Assembly: GCF_001194135.2 (NCBI RefSeq)
Contig: NC_068992.1
Location: 64,297,943-64,351,420 of the forward strand
Reading direction: 5' to 3'
Origin: Octopus bimaculoides
Taxonomy: Eukaryota
Length of the DNA: 53,478 bases
Each line of letters begins with the position of its first letter. Within the stretch, counting starts at the first letter, position 1. The notes under the pieces were generated by a model. That model ran no database searches. It saw only the letters and a list, made by a program, of their open reading frames with translations, and was not told the origin of the DNA. Both the position numbers and the translations under genes were made by a program. Shown here in pieces: positions 1 through 12,869 of the stretch.

Positions 1-84
1 TTCTGGGCATTTTAACCATTCTGCTAACTCGTCACAGAGGACAATGCTTTCATATGTGATGGGAATATAAAATATCATGTATCT

Positions 85-420
85 TTTATTTGTTTTAGTC
101 ATTGGACTGCGGCCATGCTGGGGCACCACCTTGAAGAATTTTAGTCGAACGAATCGATCCCTGGACTTATTTTTTTTTTAAAGCCTAGTACTTATTCTGT
201 CAGTCTCTTCGCTGAACCATTAAGTTACAGAGACGTTAACAAACCAGCACCGGTTATCAAGTGGTGGTGGAACACACACACACACGACGGGCTTCCGTCA
301 ATTTCCGTCTATCAAACTCACTCACAAGCCTTTCGGTTGGCCCCGAGTTATAGAAAATACTTGCCCAAGGTGCTACGCTGTGGAACTGAGTCCGAAACAG
401 TGTGGTTTAAACAGATATTG
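85..420 (-). mobile_element. tRNA-derived SINE, family B (CORE-like box CCTTGGGCAAGTGTCTTCT)
   Basis: Reverse complement of the 11609-12033 element; CpGs largely retained. Confidence 0.75.
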
Positions 421-1563
421 AACCAGGAAATAATTTCCAATCTTTACTATTCGAATAATGGCCAATGTAGCATTAAAATCAACTTTACAGAATGTAAACG
501 ATATATTATTTTTAATAAGTATATGTATTGCAATTATCATTGAGAGCCTGACTCAAGTTGTCAGAAATTGTCAAACGAAAGAACTTGTAGCCCACTAGGA
601 TTACAAAATATAAACCCGTCTCCGGGCATAGCGTATAATAAAGAATAACGTGTAACGTATAATAAAGAAAGCACAACTACACATTGGTGCCCTAATTTAC
701 CGAATTTGTTTCAGCGAAACTTTCTGAAAAATACATATATTTAAATAACAGCTGAAATACATTTTCGAGAGTGTAGATTACGTAATGTTTGATGTATGAA
801 ACATACGACTCTAAGAAAAACAACAGTGAAATTATTTGAAACAAAGTTTGAGTTGGAGGAAGGAATATTTGAAGCTACTCCAAAACATTTTTAACTTTTC
901 TAAATTTTATTAACATACCTATAATCTACAATCTTGAAAGTATATTTTCTCAAAATTTTGTTGTATAATAAACTACATCTTACAAACTTACAAAGAAAGA
1001 AAGATACGGAGCACTAAAGTGTAAATATGCCCGGTATATTACGATTCTGTAGTTTATAGTACTCCATAATATAGTATGATATAGTGTAATATAGAATATA
1101 ATGTCGTATAGAAGTGAAAATATGGTGTGGTATAGTTTTATAAAGATACGGAAGAAAGAGCAAGAGAGAATTTAGTAGCAGAAGAAGCCAATAATTCTTT
1201 TCATCCACACCAACAAATACACCGTTCATTTGTTTACTTGGTTGCTCCCTCACGTCACCAGTAACACTCACACACATACACACTGACACACACATATATC
1301 TATACACATATACACCTAAATAAAGACATATACATGTGTATGCAGAGGGATAGAGGGAGAGAGAGCTAAAGACAAAGAGAGAGGGGCATATATTTGGCGA
1401 TAGGGAGGGAGAGAGTGTACATGTATATATATCTATATATATATATATATATATATCTGTATGTTTGGGAAGCCAGGTGTCGTATGTAAGAGAGAGAGAG
1501 AGAGAAAGAGGGAAAGAATGTGTAGATTAATTGTGTAGATTTACTGTCAGTGTTCTTGTTAAG

Positions 1564-1611
1564 ATGGCGACTGAAGGTGGTGGTAATAACTTTGGATATG
1601 AACAGACACTG
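1564..1611 (+). CDS. Putative first coding exon of an unidentified large gene (MATEGGGNNFGYEQTL, phase-0 intron follows)
   Basis: aagATGGCG start context, 16 open codons, then a consensus donor CTG|gtaagt at 1612; lies in the CpG-retaining 5' zone. Product not recognised. Confidence 0.6.
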
Positions 1612-1809
1612 GTAAGTTGGAGAACTTTATATTTATATATTGGATAGGTGTATGTGTGAGTACGTGTGGATATATACTCATATATATAGTGTGTGTGTGT
1701 ATACACAGATATTTATATACATATATACTGTGTGTATATACGTATATATATATGTATATACTGTGATTGTACGTAAAATAAACTGACAAATACTTATATA
1801 CACCACATA

Positions 1810-1851
<42 letters not shown>

Positions 1852-2789
1852 TTTTTATATATTTAAAATTCCCCTAATTGAAACCAATGAAAGAATATTT
1901 ATCATTATATTTATGTTTATAAAGTTTCGAATCACTCCTTATTCCCGATCACAAGAAACTTTTGTGTTTTATCAGGTTTTAACTTTTAAGCTGTTCTCAT
2001 TAAATAACTTTTATATACCCATGTGTACGTATGTTTGTGTATGTTGTTTAGCCCCAATAGAGTTTTAATCGAGCAAACAGGTATGATCAAAGATACCTCA
2101 ACCGTGACCAATCCGTCTAGCACTCCACCAGACTATCTGATTTGACAGAGACTTGGCTGCTATTTCTGTAGACGGGTGCAGGCACCTTTGGTGGTCCGGT
2201 GTGTGTGTGTGTGTGTGTGTATATGGATGTATTTATAGTATTGGACGCACACATGTGAATGTGTGTATATATATTATAAATAGAAATGGACACGTGTGTA
2301 CACGCATGTATATACATTGTACGCGGAGCGTATGTATATGCATTTATGCGTAATGTGTATATACAAACACTTATGAGTGGACACGATTTACGTATGTTGG
2401 TATTGTGTTTACATGTGTTATACAGGATCTGTGTGTGTGTGTGTATGTATATATATATATATATATGTATACACATTGATATACAAATGGGTGAGCGTGT
2501 ATGTCTATGTGTGTGTTGTGTTATGTAGTTTCAGGAAGTCTGTAGAATGAAATATCACAAGATCTAATCGATGTGTATTGCTTTATTAAATGTTTCGGTG
2601 GTGGTGGTGATGCAGACACCTCTGACATCCTCACCTCTCAACTAACTCCTTTTTAATCCCTGTTAAGCCAGGGTACCTGACTTATTACCGCTGTTGTGTC
2701 TACAGTCACCGGTTGGCAGCTGTTACTAGTCGTTAGATCGCTCACATACTTCACCGACTTTCTAGGTGTCGTTATGGAAGTGACAAACA

Positions 2790-3125
2790 TTTCTTCATTC
2801 ACATTCTAGCTTAAAAAATAATCATATACATTCTCTGTTGTGTGTATATTCATACGTTGTTTAGCCTCAGGTGTGTTCTGTTCGAACATATTTTATGACC
2901 ACAGTCTTTTCAGCCCCGTCTGTTTTTGTGTATTTGGGACTCATTAAAAATTTTGGGCTAGTTAAAAATATAGCCAATTCATCATTCTTATTCTAGCTCA
3001 AAAATAATAACATACACCCTCTGTTGTATGTATGTTGTTTAGCTCCTGGTTTGCTCTGATCGAACATATTTGTGATCACAGTCGTTCCAGCCTTGCCTAC
3101 CTCTGTCTATTTGAGGCTAATTCTT
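2790..3125. repeat. Old tandem duplication, period about 185 bp
   Basis: ttctagct-aaaaataa...gttgtttagc...cgaacatatt...gaccacagtc occurs twice (from about 2804 and 2991). Confidence 0.55.
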
Positions 3126-3648
3126 TTGGTGTATCCGTTGCTTTTAAAGCAGTTAGGTGGTGCTTGTATACCATCGACATTTAGTTTCTTCTTTGTATGT
3201 GTTTATGTGGCATATGTGGTGTATGTCTAGTTACTGTTGAGTAAAGTAAAAGAGTAAATACAGTTTTACGTCGGTTTCGACGATGATTAACACTTCCAGC
3301 TGTTCAATAAACAGGATTGGCTGTTCATTGAATTATTGAGTGGCTGAGTACTCCGCAGACCACTGTAACCTTAGCGTAGTCTTTAGATAGAATCGACGTG
3401 ACAAGATCGACCCTTATTTGTACAGTTCATCGAACGGGCTTCCCCACAAGTTTGTGTACCGGATTTCATTTATAAGGCTTTGGTCGGCCCGTGATTAATG
3501 GGAAATTTACTTGAAGACGTCACGCCTCGTGATCGCGAAGCGAACCTTTAAACCTCTCGTCTATGACTTCAGCAATCTATGTGCATGTGACGTGTGGATT
3601 TCTTTCCTTTTTTCTTTTCATTTTTTGTTGGCTGTTGTTTTGTCCTAG

Positions 3649-3749
3649 AGAAAGGGGCTTCCCTTCCGGGACCGGTCATATCGATGTGGTTAATGTTTTT
3701 TGTAAACACTGACACGTTGACAGCCGCCAGAAAAACCATGGGTACCAAG
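3649..3749 (+). CDS. Possible alternative exon ending in ATG GGT ACC AAG (MGTK, 3738-3749)
   Basis: Long polypyrimidine tract and ctag acceptor at 3648; aaaaccATGG Kozak context; donor AAG|gtaatt at 3750 (a second donor gtaagt at 3776). A phase-0 end fits the 5454 exon. Confidence 0.3.
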
Positions 3750-4101
3750 GTAATTATCCGGTGTGTGCGCTCGAAGTAAGTACTGATGACATAGATGTAT
3801 CCTAAGAGGCATTCCATACCTGACGACATTGACAAACGTGTCCTTTTTTTAAGTAGGGGATTTTAAGGGAGATTTGGCTACTGTTTCCAGCAAGTCGAGC
3901 TATTACGGAGAGACTTCCTTATAAGTTAGTGTGTGTATATGGTTTAGAAGTTTTTTTTTTTTAGGTTTGATCTCACTGTACAGTTACATTGGTGTCTTCC
4001 GCTAATCCTTGCGTTGTGAATAGTGCTTGAAGCCGTGGTCTTTGCCCCAGTCGAAGGTGTTTGTTATATTATTCTATATGTACGTGCATTTGGGTGTACA
4101 A

Positions 4102-4137
<36 letters not shown>

Positions 4138-4429
4138 CCTTTGCTCCATGAGTGGGGGTAAATTAATCGTTTGAAGCTATTGATATCAACCCGACGTTAT
4201 GTTCCTCCAGGCGACAGAAAAAATAATCATGTCACCCGAAGGAGCTAATATAGCGAGAAACATCAAAGAGACGTGTAAATCATTAGCTTTGACTGAAAAT
4301 ATATAGCCTGACAGTTGCTATTTATTGAACACTTTGTCAGTGTCCACCTCAGGTTATACAAGTAAGAATGTGATACGTTCAACGCATGTGTGTCATATAT
4401 CACCATCATTGTTTTACCGTTCTCTTTCC

Positions 4430-4830
4430 CACGCTTGCATGGATCAAAGTAAACTCGTTGAGGCAGATTTCCCATGACCAGATGCCCTTCCTGTCGTCAA
4501 CTTTTACCTGTTTCCAAGCAAGGTAATGTTTCCCCAAAGTCGGACATATTTTAATGGAAGATTGGAAACAAACGACACCACTTGTATAACGGTGCTGTTC
4601 GTTTATAAATATCGTGCAATATCAAGATAAAAGCAACACAGATACTCATGCAGACCCATGGCTACCAAGGCCGTCCCTCTCCCCTACACATAACTACAAT
4701 GGGTTTCTTACAGTATCTATCTACCACATCCACTCAAAGATTTAGTCAGCCCTAGTCTGGCCAAGGTGTTGGGCAGTGGCACTGAACCCAAAGTCGAATG
4801 CTTCGGAAGCAAACCACATAGCCATGTCTG
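4430..4830 (-). mobile_element. Composite SINE (family B head, distinct body, RTE-like tail)
   Basis: Shares gatgcccttcctgt...cctgtttccaagcaaggtaatatttcccc with the copies at 15290-15730, 17640-17960 and 33830-34270. Confidence 0.65.
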
Positions 4831-4909
4831 TGCCTAATATGTATGTATGTACATGTGTATGCAAGACAAACTCCTAGTTTAATTTCAATAAATGACCATG
4901 TATAATGTA

Positions 4910-4961
<52 letters not shown>

Positions 4962-5453
4962 CATGCACACAATATAGTTTTGCTATCTTGTGACAATCTT
5001 ATCAGATTAATTAAAATAAAAAATTACATAAGCATCTCTCACACTCTCTCGTTATGTGTGTGTGTGATATGGTTATTACAAGTATTAATCTGGGACAGTA
5101 AACATACCAGACTCTCTTAACTGATAACAAAGAAACATCCACTCATATATACCTAAACCCATGCAGACATATATGACAGGCTTTCACAGTTTCCACCTAC
5201 AGAATTCACTTAGAAGGCATTGATCAATTTGGGGCTATAGCAGAAAATCCTTACCAAAGGCACTGTACAATGGGACTGAATTTAAAGTCATGTTGTTGCA
5301 AAGTGATCTTCTTAACCACACAATCATGCTTTGCCCCTAAAGATATGTGATTTGTACCTGTGTAGGTGGAATTAAAAAACAAAAACAAAAAAAACCTTAA
5401 AATTTTTTTTTTCTTCTTTTTTTGAGTTTTAAATTTGGCTTCTTCTTGTTCAG

Positions 5454-5526
5454 GAGCCAGTGGCACTGGTTCAGAGAAAAATCTCATTAACAGAAGAGAG
5501 CATGACTTTTGATTTAATACACATGG
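5454..5526 (+). CDS. Putative internal exon EPVALVQRKISLTEESMTFDLIHM(G), phase 0 to 1
   Basis: T-rich tract plus ttcttcttgttcag acceptor; donor TGG|gtaaga; only the phase-0 frame is open, matching the 1564-1611 exon. Confidence 0.5.
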
Positions 5527-5699
5527 GTAAGAGTTTTGGAATTGGAAGAGGAATGATAAGATGTATTGCTTATTATGATTTCCTCCACTGAAGTGGAACA
5601 AGTACAACAGGTAGTGGAGCCCAGTTTATGGTCTTCTTGGCTTACTTTCTGGATCGCTCAGTTTTGGTTCATGGTAATTAATAAAATAGTAATTGGTAA

Positions 5700-5830
5700 T
5701 TGACTCTTTAGCATTCAGGTTACTCTGTAAAATGTCATACGTATTTATTCCTATTGTTGTGAATTAATCATGCATTATCTCATGGCTTTGAGATTTCAGT
5801 GATTTTTACAAGGGTATAAGAGGCCAAATC
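5700..5830. mobile_element. piggyBac-like MITE fragment
   Basis: Begins tgactctttagcattcag, a decayed version of the ttaa-ccctttagcatt terminus seen at 26589 and 50066. Confidence 0.45.
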
Positions 5831-6692
5831 TGGCTGCTTTGAACAAAGAACAGGTAGATTTGGGTTGGGTTTGGCCAGCTTAGATACTAAGGGGCCAGAA
5901 TGACAACAGCACAGTTTTAGAACTGAACAATGAATATAGTAGATGCAATGACGGACCTAGCAAGTTACATAAATGCTCCCTACTTCAAATCTTACATACA
6001 TAAGAAAGGATGTTTAGCCTTGGGTTAGTCCTGATTGAGTAGGGTTGACTTTGGGCTAAGTACCTGCTAAATACAAAGTCTGCTCAGTCAAGTCAAGTAT
6101 GATTGAGCAGACTTATCTTAAAAGACATTCTCAATGTAACCGTTTCATTTTTTTGAAACTATTTTCGTTGACAATATGCCAAGTTTATTGAGGCAATGTG
6201 ACTTGCAGAAAATGCCAATTCTATTTTTTGGTAGGTATTTAACATCATTACTAGAATGACCATGAAATTTCATTTTGCTGTTAAAGTGATCTGAGATAAA
6301 CTGCATCAAAATTTCCTATTAATTTATGTCCCTACCCCACACCAGCAAAATAGCGACAGTTATTTTACTAAATTCTTTTAGTATTTTCAAAATCAATTGA
6401 AGCAAAGGCAGTGTATTTGAACAGAAATACGGTAACAAATAGGTTAAGCTGAACGTCAGACACTATTGATCAGACCAATGTTGTTGCTAATCAATTGTGT
6501 ATAGAATCTGCAGCATCTTATATCCTCTACCAATGAGAATATAATGAACCACTACTTGGTTAAATATTAATATAAATGGCAGTGTGTCTCAGTCTTTGTT
6601 TGTCCATCTCCCATAGGGAAGTGACTCTAAACTTATTGGATTTACCTCCCTTAGTTGCTATAGTTTAACTAGTGTAATCTGTCACATGATAG

Positions 6693-6870
6693 GCACAAGA
6701 CCCTATATTTTTGGGGAGGGAGCCAGTCAATTAGATCGACTCCAGTATTCTACTGGTACTTAATTTACCGGCCCCGAAAGGATGAAAGGTGAAGTTGACC
6801 TCGGTGGAATTTGAACTCAGAACATAAAGACAGATGAAATACCGCTAAGCATTTCACCTGGCGTGCTAAG
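6693..6870 (-). mobile_element. tRNA-derived SINE, family A
   Basis: ctggtacttaattt..ccccgaaaggatgaaagg..gacctcggtggaatttgaactcagaac; B-box-like GAGTTCAAAT on the minus strand. Confidence 0.75.
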
Positions 6871-6970
6871 TCACTTGACAGATAATGATGGGGACAAAGT
6901 CTTGACACTGTTAGTAGCATTATTTATCATTATTTATATATCTATAATCAATAGATAATATTATTGTTGT

Positions 6971-7190
6971 TGGTGGATTGACAGATTTGTTCGAGCATTG
7001 GAAAAAAATGCCTTGTGGTATTTCTTCTAATTCTTTATGTTCTAAGTTCAAATTCCTTTACCTTTACTTTACCTTTCATCACTCCAGTGTCAATAAAATA
7101 AAGTACCAGTCTGTTACTGGGGTCAGTTGTGTCAGCTAATACTCTCCCTTCAAAAGTGACTTACTAGGGCCTAAATTAGAAACTTCTATT
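6971..7190 (+). mobile_element. SINE family A (degenerate)
   Basis: ttctaagttcaaattc...cctttcatc...aataaaataaagtaccagt...ctggggtca; opposite orientation to 6693-6870. Confidence 0.6.
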
Positions 7191-7364
7191 ATTATTATTG
7201 GTAACATATTTACTAGAAATAGACAAATGACATTTGTTTTCATTTTAATTTGATTTGATCTAATTTGAAAATTAGTAGTGATTTTATTCACTAATTTGTA
7301 AGAGCTTGAAGGAATTTAAAACGAGAAGTGAAATTTTAATTTTTGTTACCTACATTTAAGTTCA

Positions 7365-7725
7365 TGCATGGTTGTTTGATTAAGAAGCTTGCTTCCCAAC
7401 CATGTCGTTGTGGTTTCAGTCCCATTGTGTAGCACCTAGAGTTATATACAATCCTAGGTTGGCTAATGTTTTGTAAGTGGATTTGTGTTATGAAAACTTA
7501 CAGAAGTCCGTGTGTGTTTGTCTTGTACTACTGCTTCACAACCAGTGTTGCTTTATTCTGCTCTTTTACTTGTTTCAGTCATTGGACTGCAGCTATACTG
7601 GGACCCCGCCATAAAGGGTTTTAGTCGAAGAAATCGACCCCCAGGACTTATTCTTTGTAAGCCTAGTACTTATCCTATTGGTCTCTTTACCGAACCGCTA
7701 AGGTATGCGGACACACACAAACACA
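7365..7725. mobile_element. Family B SINE head (+) abutting a family B tail (-)
   Basis: taagaagcttgcttcccaaccatg head at about 7380; ttgtttcagtcattggactgcagc...aagcctagtacttat tail from about 7570. Confidence 0.6.
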
Positions 7726-8207
7726 CTGGTACTTAATTTATCAAGCCCGAAAAGATGAAAGGCAAAGTTGACCTTTTTGGTCAAAGATCTGCTGAATCAA
7801 GGCTGCCACCTGGAGCTAAACAACAGCAACTTGACCATCTGGCAGTGGATCTGATTTTATCTTCAGGAAGATGTCTCTTAGTAGAAAGAATTTACTACTC
7901 AAATTCTTGTTTGTTGTTTCAATGTTGTGTGACTAGGACTATATGTTTAAATCCATGTTACAGAGTAATTTCTCCTTAATGTTCCCACATGTGAACTTAG
8001 CACATTCATTTTTCTTAACACAATTGACAAATGTCATCCTTTTAAAACCTTTTAGTTGCAAAGTATCTACAGTAACACATCTCTCATTAAAAACCAAAAT
8101 TCAATAATTAAACATCAAGAATGTATGTGCCATTTCTATCTGTACAAAATATCAAATAACATTATTGAAAAATGTGTCTGTCATCTAAGTAGTAGCAATT
8201 AGTATTA

Positions 8208-8638
8208 GTTTCAAATTTTGGCACAAGGCCACCAATTTTGGGGGAGGGGGAAAGTCAATTACATTGACCCCCAGTACTCAGCTGGTACTTATTTTATCGA
8301 CCTTGGGAGGATGGAAGACAAAGTCAACCTCAGTGGAATTTGAACTCAGAACACCTAGACAAAATACCGCTAAGCATTTTGCCCAGCCTGCTAACAATTC
8401 TGCCAGCTCACATTTTATGTAGCAATTAATATTCTTTTCTACTCTAGGCATAAGGCCTGAAATTTTTGGGGAGGGGGCCAGTCAATTAGATTGACCTCAG
8501 TACACAGCTGGTACTTAATTTATCGACCCTGAAAGGATGAAAAGCAAAGTCGACTTCAGCGGAATTTGAACATAAAGACAGACAAAATACCGCTAAGCAT
8601 TTCGTCCGGCATTCTACCGTTTCAGCCAGCTTGCCACC
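8208..8638 (-). mobile_element. Two tandem family A SINEs
   Basis: ggcacaagg...ctggtactt...tcgacc...ggaatttgaac...accgctaagcattt occurs twice. Confidence 0.75.
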
Positions 8639-8819
8639 CTAATAACAATAATAATAACAGCACACTCACGCACAATAGGTGAGAGAATGGAGATATTGGT
8701 ATCACATTTATTCTAGAGGTATGACTGTTTCTACAACAGATGGGTTATCTACATCTTTTAATATGGTGAAAAATATACAATCATGGATACAAATAAAATA
8801 GTTAGTGGAACATGATGCA

Positions 8820-8918
8820 GTCCTTGGACCCATCTGACCCCGTCAAACCTTCCAACCTATGCCAGCATAGAAGATGGACATTAAATAATAATGATGATGG
8901 TGATGGTGGTGGTGGTGG

Positions 8919-8947
<29 letters not shown>
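8820..8947 (+). mobile_element. RTE LINE 3' tail fragment with (GAT)n
   Basis: ccaacctatgccagcatagaagatggacattaa followed by (GAT)n, as in 30482-30858. Confidence 0.6.
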
Positions 8948-8949
<2 letters not shown>

Positions 8950-9488
8950 ACCACCTGGATTTCATAACTCCCCTTTCACTTATTACCGGATATATAAATT
9001 ATAATATTTTGCTTAGGCATAGCAAAACTAATAACCTGGTGTAGAACTCAATATATGTATGGTCCAGAATACAATGTTATATGAGTATAGAATGGTAACA
9101 GAAATCAAAAGATGACACTGGAAAAACCAAATGTAATGTAATGAACTTCATCCACTTACAGCCATTTCTGCTATATGATGTGGTGGACTCTTACTTGAGT
9201 ACCAGAGTAACATCCTATAGCTTCATCAGAGCCTTGAATATGAAGTGCACTTTATTTGGGGAAGTTACATTTTCAGAACATGCAGGTGTTATGAGTGCAA
9301 AAGTATATGTTGATGGCTATGGAAAGAAAGATGCAAATATGTGCTTAGAGTAGAATTAAAAAGGAGATGTATGGGTAGATGGGCACACTTGTTCATATAC
9401 ATATATATATACATACAAACACACGTATACACACACACAAAAGTACTTGGATTGATGATCACACAGGCACACATGGATGGATGGATGG

Positions 9489-9523
<35 letters not shown>

Positions 9524-10184
9524 CACACATATATATGGGTGTGTGTGTGTGTGTGTGGGACTTTGTTTGGCCCTGTCTGCCTGAGATTTGAAACTGCATC
9601 CACACACTTGTTGATTGTCAGACAAGTGTGTGATTCTTTGTGTTTTCATCTCCACACAGGATGATTAATGGGAAACACTTGAACTCCTAGGACCTTTGCA
9701 GGTCACAGAACGGTCAGTCCTTAGTTTCAGATACAACCTGTTTCTGTACTCTCTTTGGCTTTCAGCCGGAGAACAAGGAGTAGCTTTCGGCCAGAATAAG
9801 AAAAGGACAGTGCTCTCTTTACCCTTTCTTCCTCTCTTGTCAGCACAGGGCAAACCTTACTCTTTCTCTCTCTACCAGCAGAACACAACTTCCACACTAC
9901 AAACTACCAACCAGCGGGCTAACCTTTGTCATTGTCAATTATGTACAATTACTGCTATCTGACTTTCTAACCACTTGCTGGCAAATAAATCTGTAAATAA
10001 TATTCTTTATTCTTCAGTGTTCTTCTTTGCTCAGTATCTCCAACACGAGAACCTTACAGTTTCACTTCACTGTTACATCTTCAAACCACAATTGGAGTCA
10101 TTACATCATCCACTAGAACTGATGACCCTGATGTACAGTTACACCAGCTCACTACACGCACACACACTCACTCACACACACTCA

Positions 10185-10204
<20 letters not shown>

Positions 10205-10227
<23 letters not shown>

Positions 10228-10440
10228 TTTATTGTTTCAGTCATTTGTTTGTAGCCATGCTGGAGCACTGCCTTTAGTCGAAAAAATTGACCGCCGGACT
10301 TATTCTTTGTAAGCCTAGTACTTATTCTATCGGTCTCTTGTTGAACTGCTAAATTACAGGAATGTAACCACACCAACATTGATTGTCAAGTGAGGATGGG
10401 GGGGACAAACACAGACACAAAGACATATATATATATATAT
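10205..10440 (-). mobile_element. Family B SINE tail
   Basis: gtagccatgctggagcactgcctttagtcg...aagcctagtacttattctatcggtctc. Confidence 0.7.
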
Positions 10441-10444
10441 CATT

Positions 10445-10800
10445 ATCATCATCGTTTAACGTCTCCTTTTCATGCTGGCATGGGTTGGACAGTTTGACTG
10501 AGGACTGGCAATCCAGAAGGCTGCACCAGGCTCCAATCCAATCTGGTAATGTTTCTACAGCTGAATGCCCTTCCTAACACCAACCACCCTGAGAGTGTAG
10601 TGGGTACTTTTTACGTGCCACCAGCATGAGGGCCAGTCAGGCGGTACTGGCATTGGCCATGCTTGAATGGTACTTTTTACGTTCTACCAGCATGGGAGCC
10701 AGTCAGGCGGCACTGACATCGACCACACTCGAATGGTGCATTTTACATGCCACTGGCATGGGAGCCAGTCAGGCAGCACTGGCAAGGGTCACTCCATATA
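10445..10800 (-). mobile_element. RTE LINE 3' UTR with about three internal ~64-bp repeats
   Basis: catcatcgtttaacgtc tail; repeated gccagtcaggcggYactg...gaatggtRc.ttttacRtgccac units at 10611-10790. Confidence 0.7.
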
Positions 10801-11315
10801 TGATGGGCTACTTTTAGTTTCCGTCTACCAAAATTCACTCACAAACCTTTGGTCGGCCCAAGGCTATAGTAGAAGACACTTGCCCAAAGTGCCATGAATT
10901 TGGACTGAACCTGGAACCATATGGTTGGGAAGCAAGCTACACTAGTGCCTATAGCCTCATGATTTGATGTCCATTTTCCATGCTAGTGTGATTTGGACAG
11001 AATGTGATAATTCAGAAGGTGATTTCTATAGTTAGATGACCTTAATGCCAATCATTTGTATTCTGGGTCCTTTTTTTTTTCATGGAACCAGCACTAGTGA
11101 ATCTGCTTGGCACTTGCAAGACCTAAATGGGCCCAATAATTGACAACGAATAGATGGAACAGATTAATTGTTACAACATGGTAGTGGAGAGAATAGCAGA
11201 GGTAACAGTGCTGGGATGGGAGTAATGGAGACAGCAAATAGGGAGTCAATGTGATAATGGTTATGGGGTGGGTCAAGTAGGGCTACCCTGTACGTATTGA
11301 TGCATGTGGGTGTGG

Positions 11316-11359
<44 letters not shown>

Positions 11360-11608
11360 ATAGAATAAGGGAATTTTTAATGGAGACTACTTTGTATATA
11401 GTACAACTGTTTTTTTTTTGTGTTTGTTTATGCGCTAAGGAGTAATAAAAAATTTTTTGTTTGTAGAAGATAAAAATTCCAGTTGTCAGTACTTTACATC
11501 CGAAAACGAAATTGTGCTTACAGTGATTTATAAGACTTGGATGGGGTTCCTGTTTATATTCAAAATTCAAATAATAGAAAATAATAAAAGATAATAAAAA
11601 TATATATC

Positions 11609-11768
11609 GCAGGAGTTGCTGTGTGGTAAGAAGCTTGCTTCCCATCCACATGGTTCTGGGTTCAGTTCCACTGCGTGGCATCTTGGGCAAGTGTCTTCTA
11701 CTATAGCCTCGGGCTGACCAAAGCCTTGTGAGTGTATTTGGTAGATGGAAACTGAAAGAAGCTCATTG

Positions 11769-11801
<33 letters not shown>

Positions 11802-12033
11802 ATGAATATATATATGTATGTGTGTGTATATGTTTGTGTCTGTGTTTGTTCCTCCACCATTGCTTGACAACTGATGTTGGTGTGTTTACGTCCCTGTAAC
11901 CTAGTGGTTCGGTGAAAAGAGACCGATAAAATAAGTACTAGGCTTACAAAGAATAAGTCCTGGGGTCGATTTATTCAACTAAAGGTGGTGCTCCAGCATG
12001 GCTACAGTCAGATGATTGAAAGAAGTAAAAGAG
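11609..12033 (+). mobile_element. Near full-length tRNA-derived SINE, family B
   Basis: Head ggagttgctgtgtggtaag, B-box-like gggttcagttcc, CORE-like cttgggcaagtgtcttct, internal (TA/TG)n, tail ending gaagtaaaagag. Confidence 0.8.
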
Positions 12034-12756
12034 TATATAATAATAAAAGATATAAGCATGAGTCCCATCCAAGTCTTATAAATCACTGTAAGCATGATTT
12101 TGTTTTCAGATGTACTGACAATTGAAATTTTTATCTTCTACAAAATATATATATATATAGAGGTATATATATAAATATTCTAATAATTATATGCATAATT
12201 ATAACAAGGGATTGGCTATAAGCCTCTCCACGCACTGGAAAAATAGATGCCAAAAGACGCTATTACGACCATAAAAACGCCAAGAATAAAACACTTGGTT
12301 GTAGTTGGGCAAAAGAAAGATAATTAATTAAACTTCTTGTTAACCATGTACAAGATCCTGTTTCAAGCTTAAAGTAAAAAATATTACGTACTACTCTCAT
12401 CAACAACAATATTATAATTATGTATGTAATTATTAAAATATTTGTAAAATTTACTTGCTGACTCCCTGGTAAAATCAATGATTTTTACCCTTTATTATAA
12501 TATATATATATATATACTAGCAGCTAAGCCCGGTTTCACCCGGTCAGAGAGGGATGCGAAGAGAGAAACGAAGACATTAAAAAGAGGAAGAAGTGGATAC
12601 GAAGTGGTGTTTGGGTGACGGATCTTGGTAGAAAAAAAAGAATGTCATGGTGAGTTAGTAAGGAGAGCAAAGCAAGACTGGACTTACGTGGGCTGACAGG
12701 ACGATGAAAAAATTGCGGACCTGAAATTGGAGCAGTTGAAGTTGCCGTTGTTATCA

Positions 12757-12869
12757 TTAGAGTGCCTCTTGGTAGACAACGTTCTTTGTCCTTTCCTCAG
12801 GTGCACAAATAGAAAGACCCTGGAGACAGCCAACATACAGTTGTGCGTGTGAGAATACTTGATCTGTCA
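12757..12869 (-). pseudogene. Helitron Rep/Helicase (Pif1-type) C-terminal fragment
   Basis: Translates TDQVFSHAQLYVGCLQGLSICAPEERTKNVVYQEAL*, matching the Helitron end FSHGQLYVA.SR...TKNVVY.EAL. Confidence 0.85.

Larger units (their letters stand above)
1..4300. promoter_or_regulatory. CpG-retaining zone, probable promoter / 5' region
   Basis: SINE copies and unique DNA here keep many CG dinucleotides, whereas most copies of the same SINEs downstream show TG/CA at those positions; contains the ATG exon. Qualitative, not computed. Confidence 0.4.

Noticed and set aside
1564-1584. MATEGGG matches the start of human WDR20 as I recall it
   Set aside because: Similarity stops after 7 residues and no following exon resembles WDR20, so no gene symbol was assigned.
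5481-5526. ISLTEESMTFDLIHMG loosely resembles a CRIB motif
   Set aside because: It lacks the conserved Pro and the first His of ISxPxxFxHxxHVG.
9141-9962. Unique-looking ORFs at 9141-9353 and 9665-9962
   Set aside because: No consistent acceptor/donor pair in phase with the 5454 exon and no recognisable domain on either strand.
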